DNA from: Candidatus Egerieisoma sp.
Lineage (GTDB): Bacteria > Bacteroidota > Bacteroidia > Bacteroidales > UBA932
Direction: 5' to 3'
Assembly: GCA_045594125.1 (NCBI GenBank)
Contig: JAZNXX010000003.1
Coordinates: 17,924 to 81,923 of the forward strand
Length of the DNA: 64,000 nucleotides
The translations under genes were made by a program, and so were the position numbers. Positions within the stretch are counted from its first letter, which is position 1. Each line of letters begins with the position of its first letter. Shown one piece after another: positions 8,782 to 20,900 of this stretch. Under the pieces are notes generated by a model. The model did not search any database, was not told the origin of the DNA, and saw only the letters and a program-made list of their open reading frames with translations.

Positions 8782-10896
8782 TTATGATATTTGTGAATAA
8801 TCTCTCTTTATCTTTCCATCTTTGCGCAGGATAGCGAGCTGTTGGAGAAGCAGCATATTTTCGCTCTTTTCAAGGAGCGGGTCATTGTCGAGGATACTCT
8901 GTGCCAGTCTCCTTGCATCTTCAAGAATATGGGTGTCCCTGCCGAGATTGGCTATGTGCAGGTCCATTGCAAGACCGCTCTGGCTTGTACCCTCAATATC
9001 TCCAGGCCCCCTCATCCTCAGGTCGGCCTCAGCCAGTTCAAAGCCATCCTGTGTCTGGCACATCAGGTCAATTCTCTGTCGGCTCTCATTGCTCATCTTG
9101 TAGCCTGTCATCAGTATACAGTAAGATTTCTCAGAACCTCTGCCAACCCTGCCCCTCAGCTGGTGGAGCTGGCTCAATCCAAATCTCTCGGCACTCTCAA
9201 TGACCATTACTGAGGCATTGGGTACATCCACCCCAACCTCAATGACAGATGTTGCAACAAGAATATGCGCTTTACCCTTTGCAAAAAGCTCCATATCGTG
9301 GGCTTTGTCCTCATTCTTCTGTTTGCCGTGGACAACTGCTGTAATGTAATCGGGTGCCCTGAACTCCTCTACGATGGCCTGATATCCCTCTTCGAGGTTC
9401 TTGTAGTCCATCTTTTCACTCTCCTTTATGAGCGGATAGACTACAAAGACCTGCCGTCCGGAATCTATCTGCTTTCTCATAAAGTCAAATATTCTTTTTC
9501 TCTGATGTTCAGATGCGTGTATTGTCTCTACGGGTTTACGTCCAGGTGGCAGTTCATCAATTACCGATACATCAAGGTCTCCAAAAAGTGTCATTGCCAA
9601 TGTTCTTGGAATGGGGGTTGCCGTCATTACAAGTATGTGTGGCAAAACCTCTGACTTGTTCCAGAGACGGGAACGTTGCTCTACACCAAAACGGTGCTGC
9701 TCATCTATAACAGCCAGTCCGAGACTGTTGAATTCTACATTCTCCTCAATCAGCGCGTGGGTGCCTACTATAATCTTCAAACTGCCCTCTTTCAGTTGCG
9801 CAAGTGTATTGCGCCTCTCTTTTGTCTTTGTGCTTCCTGTAAGCAGACCGACAGTTACACCTGTATTGGCAAGGAGCTTGTAGATGCCCTTAAAGTGTTG
9901 TTGTGCAAGCACTTCTGTTGGAGCCATTATACAGGCCTGGTATCCGTTGTCTACTGCAATAAGCGAGATTAGGAGGGCAACCATTGTCTTTCCGCTGCCC
10001 ACATCTCCCTGTAGGAGCCTGTTCATCTGTCTTCCGCTTATCATATCACTGCGCATCTCCTTTATCACCCTTTTCTGGGCTCCTGTAAGCGGAAAAGGGA
10101 GGGAGTTGTAGCAGCTGTTGAAGGCCTCCCCGACACGTTTCATTACAATTCCTCTCTCCTTCTTCATCCTGACAGCTTTCTGTTTGAGAAGACTGAGTTG
10201 CAGATAGAAGAGCTCCTCATATTTCAGTCGGGCCTGGGCCTGTTGCAATGCCACACTGTTCTCAGGAAAGTGGATACTCTTGAGAGCCTTCCGTAGTGGT
10301 ATGAGCCCTTTTCTCTCCAGGATATATTGGGGGAGAGTCTCCTCAACTCTCTGCAGGTACTTTTCGATCAGGGTCTGTTCCAGCTTTGAAAAGGCCTTGT
10401 TGCCCAGATTGCTGTTCTTTAATTTCTCCGTACTTGAGTAGACCCCCATCATAGTGCTACCTCCAAAGCAGAGGTCGGAGGTGGGGGAGGTCAGCTCCGG
10501 ATGGACCATATTGACCGTTCCGTTGAAGTCGGATGGCTTTCCGAAGGCAATATACTCCGAACCGACTGCCAGCTTCTCCTTTATCCACTTTATTCCCTTG
10601 AAGAAGACGAGATCGATTGAACCTGTCGCATCACGCATAGTGGCAACAAGCCTCTTGTTGGAGGGTTGGCTGCCGGCCATATTTATTGAGGTAATCTTTC
10701 CCCTTATCTGGATGTATGCCATTGTGGGAACCACTTCTGAAATGGTGTAGATGTGGCTTCTGTCGAGATATCTGAATGGGAAGAAGTAGAGTAAATCCCT
10801 AAAGGTGAAAATGCCGAGCTCCTTTGAGAGAAGCTCTCCCCTTTTGGGACCTATCCCCGGAAGATATTTGATATCTGAATCAAGAATATTTGCCAT
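8782..10896 (-). CDS. recG: ATP-dependent DNA helicase RecG
   Basis: 704 aa. The N-terminus 'YLPGIGPKRGELL' is followed by a wedge domain, 'LQGDVGSGKT', 'VIDEQHRFGV' and 'LHQLRGRVGRG'. Confidence 0.92.
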   Translation of the reverse strand: MANILDSDIKYLPGIGPKRGELLSKELGIFTFRDLLYFFPFRYLDRSHIYTISEVVPTMAYIQIRGKITSINMAGSQPSNKRLVATMRDATGSIDLVFFKGIKWIKEKLAVGSEYIAFGKPSDFNGTVNMVHPELTSPTSDLCFGGSTMMGVYSSTEKLKNSNLGNKAFSKLEQTLIEKYLQRVEETLPQYILERKGLIPLRKALKSIHFPENSVALQQAQARLKYEELFYLQLSLLKQKAVRMKKERGIVMKRVGEAFNSCYNSLPFPLTGAQKRVIKEMRSDMISGRQMNRLLQGDVGSGKTMVALLISLIAVDNGYQACIMAPTEVLAQQHFKGIYKLLANTGVTVGLLTGSTKTKERRNTLAQLKEGSLKIIVGTHALIEENVEFNSLGLAVIDEQHRFGVEQRSRLWNKSEVLPHILVMTATPIPRTLAMTLFGDLDVSVIDELPPGRKPVETIHASEHQRKRIFDFMRKQIDSGRQVFVVYPLIKESEKMDYKNLEEGYQAIVEEFRAPDYITAVVHGKQKNEDKAHDMELFAKGKAHILVATSVIEVGVDVPNASVMVIESAERFGLSQLHQLRGRVGRGSEKSYCILMTGYKMSNESRQRIDLMCQTQDGFELAEADLRMRGPGDIEGTSQSGLAMDLHIANLGRDTHILEDARRLAQSILDNDPLLEKSENMLLLQQLAILRKDGKIKRDYSQIS

Positions 10897-10956
10897 AATA
10901 CAAAGATATGAAAAAAAAGTTTTGTATATTGCGAGGTTTTAATTTTTATCGCAGTT

Positions 10957-12039
10957 ATGGCAAAAGTAAGAGTAGGTATCACTCAAGGTGATACCAATGG
11001 GATTGGATATGAGGTTATTATAAAAATGCTGTCTGACGCAAGGGTGTTGGATATGTGTACCCCAATTATATATGGATCATCAAAGGCTTTCGGTTTTTAC
11101 AGAAAACAGATTCCTGAGACCGAAAATATAAATACCAATGTGGTGTCATCTGCAAAAGATGCTCATCCAAAGAGAGTTAATATTGTAAACTGTATTCCTG
11201 AAAATTATCCGATAGAACCGGGCCAGCTGACCCAAGAGGGGTCGAAGGCGGCAATTGCCGCACTTGAAAGGGCGGTTGCAGAGCTTAAGGAGGGGATGAT
11301 TGATGTGCTCGTTACAGCCCCTTTCAACAAGAGGGCGGTAAATGAGGAGACCTTCAAGTTCCCCGGACATACAGAGTATCTTGTAAGCGAATTCGGGGCA
11401 ACTGACGGACTTATGTTCCTCTGTGCCGACAAGATGAGGGTGGGAGTGGCTACAAACCACCTTCCCATCTCAAAGGTTCCAGCTGCCATTACTGAGGAGA
11501 GGATCTTGAGCAAGTTGAGGCTTATGAACGAATCGCTCTTGAGGGATTTCAATATTGTAAAACCAAAATTGGCAGTGTTGGGGTTAAATCCCCATTCTGG
11601 AGATAGGGGCCTTTTGGGTGATGAGGAGATAAATATCATCGGACCGGCCATAAAGAAGGCAAAAGAGGAGGGAATTCTTGCATTTGGACCATATCCGCCT
11701 GACGGTTTTTTCAGTATCAATATGCAGTATAAATTTGATGCAGTGCTTGCAATGTACCACGACCAGGGACTTATTCCATTCAAGTCGCTTGCATTTGACG
11801 CCGGAGTAAACTTTACTGCGGGCCTTCCTATAGTGAGGACCTCTCCAGACCACGGAACTGCCTATGACCTTGCAGGTGAAAACAAGGCAAATCCGCAGTC
11901 AATGTATGCATCATTGTATCTGGCAATTGATGTCTACAACAACAGAAAGAGGTATGATGAGATGCATAAAAATCCGCTGCCTCTCAAGGAGACCGATACA
12001 ACACCGAAAGAGAGGGGCGGCAAGCCGGTAATTGCATAA
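10957..12039 (+). CDS. pdxA: 4-hydroxythreonine-4-phosphate dehydrogenase
   Basis: 360 aa with 'GDTNGIGYEVI', 'GHTEYL', 'LNPHSGD' and 'YHDQGLIPFK...RTSPDHGTA'. Confidence 0.9.
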   Translation: MAKVRVGITQGDTNGIGYEVIIKMLSDARVLDMCTPIIYGSSKAFGFYRKQIPETENINTNVVSSAKDAHPKRVNIVNCIPENYPIEPGQLTQEGSKAAIAALERAVAELKEGMIDVLVTAPFNKRAVNEETFKFPGHTEYLVSEFGATDGLMFLCADKMRVGVATNHLPISKVPAAITEERILSKLRLMNESLLRDFNIVKPKLAVLGLNPHSGDRGLLGDEEINIIGPAIKKAKEEGILAFGPYPPDGFFSINMQYKFDAVLAMYHDQGLIPFKSLAFDAGVNFTAGLPIVRTSPDHGTAYDLAGENKANPQSMYASLYLAIDVYNNRKRYDEMHKNPLPLKETDTTPKERGGKPVIA

Positions 12040-12066
12040 CCGGGTGAGGTTGTAGAGGAGAAATTT

Positions 12067-12531
12067 ATGGATGATTCTATCATATATCTCTATACTGACG
12101 GATCCAGCAGGGGAAATCCCGGACCTGGAGGCTATGGGGTTGTTCTGAAGTGCGGGAAGCACTACAAAGAGCTGTCGGAGGGTTATAGTTCCACTACAAA
12201 TAACAGGATGGAGCTGTTGGCTGTAATTGTGGGGCTTGAGGCGATAAAGAGGAAGAATGCAGTTGTGCATATATATAGCGACTCCTCCTATGTGGTCAAG
12301 GCCATCAATGAGGGTTGGCTCGATAAATGGTTGAAAAAAGGGCTTGAGAAGCAGAAAAATCCCGATTTGTGGCAACGTTTTGTTGCTGTATGGAAGAGAC
12401 ACAGAGTCTCATTTTTCTGGATAAAGGGCCACGCGGGCCATCCGGAGAATGAGAGGTGCGACAAACTCGCGGTGGAGGCAGCGCTCTCGGCTGATTTAAA
12501 AGAAGATAAAGGATATTGCGGCCAAAATTAA
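12067..12531 (+). CDS. rnhA: ribonuclease HI
   Basis: 154 aa with 'YTDGSSRGNPGPGGYG', 'TNNRMEL', 'DSSYV' and 'VKGHAGHPENERCDKLA'. Confidence 0.9.
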   Translation: MDDSIIYLYTDGSSRGNPGPGGYGVVLKCGKHYKELSEGYSSTTNNRMELLAVIVGLEAIKRKNAVVHIYSDSSYVVKAINEGWLDKWLKKGLEKQKNPDLWQRFVAVWKRHRVSFFWIKGHAGHPENERCDKLAVEAALSADLKEDKGYCGQN

Positions 12532-12556
12532 ATTCTTTATTGTAAGAATAATGATA

Positions 12557-12564
12557 TATCTTTG
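12557..12564 (+). promoter_or_regulatory. candidate -7 box (TAtcTTTG) upstream of gpsA
   Basis: Exact TAnnTTTG motif 41 nt upstream of the ATG. Confidence 0.35.
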
Positions 12565-12604
12565 TAAAGTTTGAGGTTTTATAACGGATATCGGATTAAA
12601 AACT

Positions 12605-13618
12605 ATGAAGACATTCTTTGAGAGAAAAAATCTGCGCTATGCAATGGTGGGTAGCGGAAGTTGGGCTACAGCGTTAATAAAACTATTGTTGAACCATCAG
12701 GAGTGTATAGGGTGGTACCTGAGGGATGAAAAGAAGATAGAGAGGATAAGGAAGACTGCCCACAATCCAAGCTATCTGCAGTCTGTCAATCTTGATCCAG
12801 ACAGGCTGAATATGAGTACAGATATTAATGAGGTGGTTGAGAATGCGGATGTGATACTGTTTTGTACACCATCTGCCTATTTTATGAAGACAATGTCCAA
12901 CCTTACAGTCTCATTGGAGAACAAATTCATAATCTCAGCCATTAAAGGTTTTGTTGATGAGAAGAATCTTACAATAGCAGAGTATTTCCACAAATTCCAT
13001 AACCTCCCGTTCGACAGGATTGGCGTAATAAGCGGACCTTGTCACGCAGAGGAGGTCTCAATGGAGCGTCTCTCATATCTGACTCTTACCAGCAAACATA
13101 TTGAAGTGGCAAGGGCTCTTTGTGATGTATTTGCCTGTGACTATATCAAGACTATGCCTGGAACAGATATCTATGGAGTGGAGTATTCGGCTGCCCTCAA
13201 GAATATCTACGCCATAGCTGCCGGAATATGCCACGGTTTGGGCTATGGTGACAACTTTATGGCGGTGCTTATGACAAATGCATATCACGAGATTGCGGAG
13301 TTCCTCAATGCTACCCATCCCGACAAGGACAGGGTTCTTACAACATCTGCATACCTTGGAGATCTGCTTGTGACCGGATACTCGCAGTTCAGCAGAAACA
13401 GGACATTCGGAAGTATGCTCGGCAAGGGATATTCGGTAATAAGTGCCCAGATGGAGATGAATATGGTTGCTGAGGGTTATTATGCTTCAAAATGCATCAA
13501 CGAGATAAACAAGGAGTACAGGATAGATATGCCGATAGCTGAGGCTGTCTATAAGATTTTGTACGAACAGAGATATCCTGCTTATGTAATTAAGCAGCTC
13601 ACAGACAAATTGTATTAA
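12605..13618 (+). CDS. gpsA: NAD(P)H-dependent glycerol-3-phosphate dehydrogenase
   Basis: 337 aa with 'GSGSWATAL', 'KGF...' and 'ALKNIYAIAAGI'. Confidence 0.88.
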   Translation: MKTFFERKNLRYAMVGSGSWATALIKLLLNHQECIGWYLRDEKKIERIRKTAHNPSYLQSVNLDPDRLNMSTDINEVVENADVILFCTPSAYFMKTMSNLTVSLENKFIISAIKGFVDEKNLTIAEYFHKFHNLPFDRIGVISGPCHAEEVSMERLSYLTLTSKHIEVARALCDVFACDYIKTMPGTDIYGVEYSAALKNIYAIAAGICHGLGYGDNFMAVLMTNAYHEIAEFLNATHPDKDRVLTTSAYLGDLLVTGYSQFSRNRTFGSMLGKGYSVISAQMEMNMVAEGYYASKCINEINKEYRIDMPIAEAVYKILYEQRYPAYVIKQLTDKLY

Positions 13619-13637
13619 TTGATTAAAAATATATTTT

Positions 13638-14972
13638 ATGATTTCGGTAAATTTAAAAGCTGCGGGTGAGTTTATTCCCGAAAAGCTGTATGGTGAATAT
13701 GTAGAAAAGGCTTACGCCGGACTTGAGACAGTTCTCTCGGGTAATGGCGCCGGAAATGATTTTTTGGGTTGGGTTACTCTTCCAAGTGAGATAGACAACA
13801 AACTTATTGATGATTGCAATGCAATCGTTGAGAGGTGGAAAGGTGTTGTTGATGTTGTTGTGGTGGTTGGAATCGGTGGTTCATATCTCGGTACCAAATG
13901 TGCAATTGAGGCCTTGTCGCACACTTTTGCAGCAAGTATGCCATCTGCATTCCCAAGAATAGTATATGCCGGACATAATATGTCGGAAGATTATGCTGCC
14001 GAGCTTATGGAGTATTTGGCAGACAAGAAGTTTGCAATTGTTGTCATCTCAAAATCCGGTACAACTACAGAGCCTGCCATTGCATTCCGTATCCTTAAGG
14101 AGAGCCTTGAGAGCCGTTTTGGAAAGGAGGTTGCCAGAGAGAGGATTGTTGCAGTTACAGATGCATCCAAAGGAGCCTTGAGGACATTGGCTACGCAGGA
14201 AGGATATTCAACATTTGTAATTCCTGATAATGTGGGCGGACGTTTCTCAGTGCTTACTCCTGTAGGTCTTCTTCCTATTGCCCTTGCCGGTTTTGATATT
14301 GCAAAGATGGCTGAAGGTGCAAGAGAGATGCAAAGGGAGTGCGCAGTCAAATCTGCTGAGAATCCGGCAATCAAATATGCTGCAGTACGTAACCTCTTCT
14401 ATAATGAGGGCAAAAATATTGAGATATTGGTGAACTACAATCCTAAGTTGCAATATTTGGGAGAGTGGTGGAAACAGCTTTATGGAGAGAGTGAGGGAAA
14501 GGATGGAAAAGGTATTTTCCCTGCATCTGTAAACTTCTCTACCGACCTTCACTCAATGGGCCAGTATATCCAGGAGGGTGAGCGTACAATGTTTGAGACA
14601 AATGTATTGGTCAAAGAGCAGAAACATTGTGTTACAATTGAGTCTGACCCGCAAAATCTTGACGGATTGAACTTCCTTGTAGGAAAGAGGATTGAGCAGA
14701 TCAATCAAATGGCCCAGTTGGGAACACGTCTTGCCCATACCGACGGAGGAGTTCCTAACATTGAGATTGAGATTGAGAAGATTGATGAATATAATATGGG
14801 AGCGCTCTTCTATATGTTTGAGATAGCTTGCGGTATCAGCGGATATATGTTGGGTGTAAATCCTTTCAACCAGCCTGGTGTTGAGGCATACAAGAAGAAT
14901 ATGTTTGCGCTTTTGGACAAACCTGGACACGAGGAGGCTTCAAAGGCAATTAAGGAGCGTTTGGGATTGTAA
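13638..14972 (+). CDS. pgi: glucose-6-phosphate isomerase
   Basis: 444 aa with 'GIGGSYLG', '[10 protein letters not shown]', 'GGRFSVLT' and 'ESEGKDGKG'. Confidence 0.9.
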   Translation: MISVNLKAAGEFIPEKLYGEYVEKAYAGLETVLSGNGAGNDFLGWVTLPSEIDNKLIDDCNAIVERWKGVVDVVVVVGIGGSYLGTKCAIEALSHTFAASMPSAFPRIVYAGHNMSEDYAAELMEYLADKKFAIVVISKSGTTTEPAIAFRILKESLESRFGKEVARERIVAVTDASKGALRTLATQEGYSTFVIPDNVGGRFSVLTPVGLLPIALAGFDIAKMAEGAREMQRECAVKSAENPAIKYAAVRNLFYNEGKNIEILVNYNPKLQYLGEWWKQLYGESEGKDGKGIFPASVNFSTDLHSMGQYIQEGERTMFETNVLVKEQKHCVTIESDPQNLDGLNFLVGKRIEQINQMAQLGTRLAHTDGGVPNIEIEIEKIDEYNMGALFYMFEIACGISGYMLGVNPFNQPGVEAYKKNMFALLDKPGHEEASKAIKERLGL

Positions 14973-14996
14973 TATCCCTTTAAAACGGCCGGCAGT

Positions 14997-17900
14997 ATGG
15001 AAAGCAGTGGAGAGAATATCTGTCAGGATGAGTTCCTGAGGCTTGTGGCAAGAGCATTTGTCGTGAATGAAGCAGATGCGCCATCCGCAAATGGAATGCC
15101 TTTTGGAGATATATGTTTTGTCTTCCCCAACCGCAGGTCAATGAAATTTTTCCAGAAGTATCTGGGTGAGGAGTTCGGCCGTGTAAAGTCACGGCCGCTT
15201 TTCTCTCCCCAAATGGTCACCATCAGTGAGCTCTTCAGCTCCATAAGCGGTCTTGAGAGCGTGGATCCCATTGAAGCCCAGTATATTCTCTACCGTAACT
15301 ATATTGCATTGAAGTATGGTGATGAACCTTTCGACAGTGCCACGCTTAAGGAGCCTTTTGATGAGTTTATCCACTGGTCTTCTGCAATAATATCCGATTT
15401 CGGGGATATCGACAAATATCTTATAGATGCTTCACAGCTCTTCAATAATGTTAAGGACCTTAAAGAGATAGAGAGCGACTACTCCTTTCTCTCAGATAAC
15501 CAGCGTGCAGCTGTGGAGATGTTCTGGAGGAGCTTTCTGGGAGGAGGAGATAACTTCAAGAAGGAGAGTTTCTCTGCCTTGTGGAAGATTATGTACCCGT
15601 TATATCTCAATTTCAGGGAGGAGTTGAGGAGAAGCGGCCGAGGATATGAGGGGATGATCTATCGGGATGTGGCTGAAAAACCGGATGCCTGCAGTTTTGC
15701 AAGAGTGGTCTTTATTGGGTTCAATGCCCCAAACAAATGTGAACAGCGGCTGATGAGGTGGCTGAAAGAGCAGGGCAGGGGAGATTTCTATTGGGACTTT
15801 TATGGGCCTATGGTTACCGACAGGGAGAATAAGGCCTCACTCTTCATATCAGAGGCTGTTGCAGAATTTCCGTCAAAATATAGGATAGAGTCAGACTCTC
15901 CGATACCCCAATTCAACCTTATAGGTATTGCATCGGGCGTCGGACAGGCTTTTGTTGCTTCAGATATCATCAGGGAACTTGATCTTGGAAACCCGATCAA
16001 GACAGCTGTGCTTCTGCCTGATGAGAATCTGCTGCTTCCTCTCCTTAATTCATTGCCGGAGAACTGCTCTCCAATAAATGTCACTATGGGATACCCCATA
16101 ACATCTACTCCGTTGGTGAGCTTTATGAAGTGTATCTCCGAACTTCAGAAAGATGTTGTGACAAGTGGAGAAAAATCACTTTTTTACCATAACTCCATAA
16201 GGACTCTGCTCAGACACGAATATATAAGGCAGTTTGCTGATGAAGAGGCACGCAGGATAATAAAGAGCATTATGGAGGAGAATATCATATATCTCGATTC
16301 CAAAGATGAGATACTCTCCAGAATTGAGTCTCCGTTACTCAAGATGATCTTTACAGTTGCCCCGACTGCAGAGGTGCTGATGGATTATCTTCTTGATATC
16401 CTTAAAGAGCTTGATTTGCTCACAACCAGACTCAATAAAGAGTTCATCTTCCAATATTACAAGGCAGTAGAGAGGGTCAAATCACTACAGATTCCTATGA
16501 AAAAGGAGACTGCTCTCAGACTTATAGGACAGATAACGGGCTCATTGACAATACCGTTTAGAGGAGAGCCACTGGCCGGAGTGCAGGTTATAGGTTCATT
16601 GGAAGTAAGGGCTCTTGATTTCGACAACCTCATAATACTCTCAATGAATGAGGGAAAATTTCCCGCGTCATCCCAGTCAGATTCGCTCATACCATACAAT
16701 TTGAGAGTGGGATTCGGTCTGCCCACATACGAACTGAAGGATGCAATTGCAGCCTATCACTTCTATAGAAGCATCTATCGGGCCAAACGGGTCTGGATGG
16801 TGTATGATACCAGAGTTGAAGGATTGAACAGCGGTGAAGTGAGCCGTTTTGTAAAGCAGCTTGAGTATCATTACAATATACAGCTGGACAGACAGGTGGT
16901 CTTGTCTGCACCAGTTGTCAATAAGAGTGGAGCGGAGATAAAGATTGAGAAGGATGATTTTGTAATGGCGAAACTCCGCCACTCATATACCGACGATGAT
17001 GCAACGAAAAACCTCTCGGCAAGTGCACTTAATGCCTATCTTGCCTGTCCTCTACAATTCTATCTGCAATATGTTGAGGAGATAAGGGAGGAGAATGAGA
17101 TTGAGGAGAGTATTGAGGCCGGGACCTTTGGAACCATCTTTCACGATGCTATGGAGGAGATCTATTCCAAATATATCTCGGAGGTTGTGACTGCGGAGAT
17201 AATAGATTCGGTTTTGGCCAACCGTAGGGAGCTTGAGAGGATAATAGAGGCGAAGTTCAAGAAGAACAGGATAAGGGAGATTACCGGAAGAAATCTCATA
17301 ATAAAGGAGGTAATAATGAAGTATGTAACTCTTACCCTCCTTGAGGATAAGAAATATGCTCCATTTACATACTGGGCCGGAGAGGAGAAATTCTACCATA
17401 AATTGAAACTATCCAATGGAATGAGGGTGAGATTCAAGGCTGTAATTGACAGAATTGATTCGGTTGGAGATGAATTGAGGGTTATAGATTATAAGACCGG
17501 CAGTGTGGAGAAACCCTCATCACATTTTGAGATTCCACAGCTCTTTGAAAGGAATCCCTATAAACAATACAAGGCGTATGTACAGCTCTATCTCTATGCG
17601 TTGATACTTGATGAGATAAGAAAGGAGAGGGGGGCGGTAGCACTGAAGAGTGGTGCAAAGCTCACTCCGGAGTTGGGAGAGCAGACAACAAGATTCAATG
17701 TGGCTCTCTATCCGCTTGCTTCACTCAAGAGCAATTCAATTTTGGTTGAGCCGGTAACAGAAGGAAATCTGTCGCTCTATAGAGAGAGCCTGGTAAACTG
17801 CGTGGAGGAGATTTTCAACAGGGATATACCATTTGTACAGGCAGAGGAGGGGAGCAAAATTTGTGAATATTGTATATTTAAAGAGATTTGCGGCAGATAG
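14997..17900 (+). CDS. AddB-like PD-(D/E)XK nuclease subunit with iron-staple cysteines
   Basis: 967 aa. I saw no Walker A motif. The nuclease motif is 'IDRID...RVIDYKTG'. The Cys set is 'LACPLQFY' plus C-terminal 'CEYCIFKEIC' (CX2CX5C). Confidence 0.75.
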   Translation: MESSGENICQDEFLRLVARAFVVNEADAPSANGMPFGDICFVFPNRRSMKFFQKYLGEEFGRVKSRPLFSPQMVTISELFSSISGLESVDPIEAQYILYRNYIALKYGDEPFDSATLKEPFDEFIHWSSAIISDFGDIDKYLIDASQLFNNVKDLKEIESDYSFLSDNQRAAVEMFWRSFLGGGDNFKKESFSALWKIMYPLYLNFREELRRSGRGYEGMIYRDVAEKPDACSFARVVFIGFNAPNKCEQRLMRWLKEQGRGDFYWDFYGPMVTDRENKASLFISEAVAEFPSKYRIESDSPIPQFNLIGIASGVGQAFVASDIIRELDLGNPIKTAVLLPDENLLLPLLNSLPENCSPINVTMGYPITSTPLVSFMKCISELQKDVVTSGEKSLFYHNSIRTLLRHEYIRQFADEEARRIIKSIMEENIIYLDSKDEILSRIESPLLKMIFTVAPTAEVLMDYLLDILKELDLLTTRLNKEFIFQYYKAVERVKSLQIPMKKETALRLIGQITGSLTIPFRGEPLAGVQVIGSLEVRALDFDNLIILSMNEGKFPASSQSDSLIPYNLRVGFGLPTYELKDAIAAYHFYRSIYRAKRVWMVYDTRVEGLNSGEVSRFVKQLEYHYNIQLDRQVVLSAPVVNKSGAEIKIEKDDFVMAKLRHSYTDDDATKNLSASALNAYLACPLQFYLQYVEEIREENEIEESIEAGTFGTIFHDAMEEIYSKYISEVVTAEIIDSVLANRRELERIIEAKFKKNRIREITGRNLIIKEVIMKYVTLTLLEDKKYAPFTYWAGEEKFYHKLKLSNGMRVRFKAVIDRIDSVGDELRVIDYKTGSVEKPSSHFEIPQLFERNPYKQYKAYVQLYLYALILDEIRKERGAVALKSGAKLTPELGEQTTRFNVALYPLASLKSNSILVEPVTEGNLSLYRESLVNCVEEIFNRDIPFVQAEEGSKICEYCIFKEICGR

Positions 17901-17902
17901 GT

Positions 17903-20900
17903 ATGGAGAAACTGGTTAAAGTATATAAGGCGTCAGCCGGCTCGGGCAAGACTCATACACTTACAAATGAGTATATAGATATCATCTTGAAGGATGAACT
18001 TGCATATAAGCATCTGCTTGCAGTAACCTTCACCAACAAGGCTACTGATGAGATGAAGCAGAGGATCCTGAAAGAGCTGCACAAATTGGCCAATACTCCG
18101 GGTCAGAGAGGAGAGATGGCCAGAAGTGTACTTATCAGGATACTTCATGACTATTCGGCATTTGCTGTAAGTACAATTGACCGCTTCTTCCAGGGAATTA
18201 TGAGGGCCTTTGCAAGGGAACTCGGAAGGATGGTCACCTATAGCGTGGAACTTGATTCTGATATGGTGAGGATGGCTGCCATTGACAATATGTTTGCCAA
18301 TCTCGACAAGAAGGAGTATAAAAAGCTGTTGGAGTGGCTGATAGGTTTCTCTCTTGAGAGGATTGAAAATGGAGAATCCTGGAAGATAGAGGGTGAGATT
18401 TCCAAATTGTCGGAGAGCCTATTTTCTGAGAGTTTCAAGTTGAAGAACGGAGGCTTTTCATCCCAGTCGGTAGCTTTGGAATTGTCGGAGAGAATCTCCC
18501 GTATTTCGGAATTGAAGTCAAGGTTGCGGCAGATAAAAAAGGAGTTTGAAGGGGAGGCTTTTGCAATCTCCAAAAGGGCACTTGATATTATTGCAGGTGC
18601 AGGATTGGATGTGACAGATTTCAAAGGGGGCAAGAATGGAGCTATGAGAACATTCCAGTACCTTGCTTCGGGATTGAGGTTTGACCAGGAGCTCAAGGCT
18701 ACATTCCTTTCGTTGTATAATGCTCCGGAGTTGTGGTACCCGAAGAGCAGAAGCAAGGAGGCATATAAGTATGAAGAGGCCTCAAATGCAGGGCTGAATG
18801 GTGCAATAGGGGAGCTTATCTCGTTATATGACAGTAAATTGTCGCTCTATCTTACAGTTGGATATGTGGAGAGGAATCTCAACAGCCTCGGTATATTGGG
18901 CAGCATTTATGACCATATCCTGCAATATTGCAGGGAGAAAAATATTATACTTCTCTCCGAAACTACAGAGTTGCTGGGGAGAATAATAGATGGAAGTGAT
19001 ACTCCATTCATATATGAAAGGACCGGAACCTGGATAAACAACTTTATGTTGGATGAATTCCAGGATACCTCAACGATGCAGTGGAGAAATTTTGAACCGC
19101 TGCTCTCAAACAGTATTGCCAACGGAGATGTAAACCTTATTGTAGGAGATGTAAAACAGAGTATCTACAGGTTCCGTAATTCAAATTGGGAAATTCTCAA
19201 GAGCGGGATTGATGATGAGTTCGGTGATGCCGTCTTTCACGATAAGCTGAAATTCAATTGGCGAAGTGCCGCCAATATTGTCGATTTCAATAATGACTTC
19301 TTCAAATATGCAGCAAAAGCGGCCAAATTCATATATAATCCAATGTTTGCGCTGGCTGAGGGGGAATTCAGTGATGATGATCCGTTGAGCCGGCACTATT
19401 CGGGTGTAATAGAGGAGATATATAAGGATCTTGAACAGAAGCTGCCTGATGAAAAGAGTGGTGAAGATGGAGGATTTGTGGAGATTTCACTCTTCTGCAA
19501 GAGTGATATAAAGGATGGGGGATGGAACTATGATGAGGTTGTGAGGGCCTATCTGTTGAAGAGTGTTGCCCGCGTAATAAGGAATGGGTACCGGCAGAAA
19601 AAGATAGGTATTCTTGTAAGGAACAGATATCAGGGAAGTATGGTTGCCCAGTGGCTTATTGGGGAGGGGTATAGAGTGATCTCTTCAGATTCATTGCTAA
19701 TCTCTTCATCTGAGGCTGTGAATGGGGTTGTAAATATACTCAAATGGATAGAGGATCCCGACAATATCTCAATAAAGATATACTCAATACTTTCTAAGGG
19801 AAACTCAAAATTCCCGCTACCATCTCCTGAGGAGTGCGAGAGGTTGAAGGTTATGCCTCTCTACCAGATGTGTGAGGAGGTTATAAGGTGTCATCTCCCG
19901 GCAGAGCATAAGGAGGATATTGCCTTTTTACAGCTTTTCCTCGACCTTGTGCTGGATTTCAATGTAAAGAATGGAAGCAATCTTTCTGCCTTTCTCAAAT
20001 GGTGGGGTGAGGATGGATGCAGAAAATCCATCTCTTCACCGGAGGAGCAGGATGCCATTCAGGTTATGACTATCCATAAAGCCAAAGGTCTGGCATTTGA
20101 TGTGGTTATATTGCCATTTTTCAACTCTCCTCTCGACCATTATGCCAACAAGAGCCCTCTTTTGTGGAGCAATGCCCTCTCAAAGGTTGTCGGGTATGAT
20201 TCGCCTCTTCCTGTAAGATATGGTTCGGGATTGAAAAAGACACTCTTCAAGGAGGATTATTATCAGGAGAAGATGGAGGCCTTCATTGATAACCTCAACC
20301 TTGCTTATGTGGCCTTTACCCGTCCAAGGAGGGAGCTTATAATATTTGCAGAGACTCCCGACAGGGATAAATATGGAGACCCTAAGGAGGATTCTGCGGT
20401 TTCACACATTCTCACCTCTTATCTTGAACATATAGAGAAAAAGGAGGACTATAATATTGCAGTAAGAGAAAAGACTGCAGTTGTCGGTGATGAGAAGATT
20501 ACCTCCCTTACCTATACCATCGGGGAGCCGGCAAAGGCAAAGAGTGTGGATGAGGATGATTCAGGCTGGTTCAATCTGGGCAGCCATTTGTCGGAAGGTC
20601 TTGATTTGTCGAGAATCGCAACATCATTGCAGAGCGGATCTGTAAATGAGAATCTGACACTAAGAGACAAAGGTGTAATTATGCACGATATCTTTGCAGG
20701 AATCAGGAGCAAGGAGGATGTTTGCAGGATTCAGGATCCGCAGATGAGGGAAATTGTTTTGGAAAAGCTCGCTTTTGTTGAGGAGTACGGATGGTTTTCA
20801 GACAGTTATGATGTGTATAGGGAGTGCAGTATAATAACTGAAGATGGAACAATATACCGTCCGGACAGGATTCTTGTGAAGGATGGTTCGGCAATAGTCA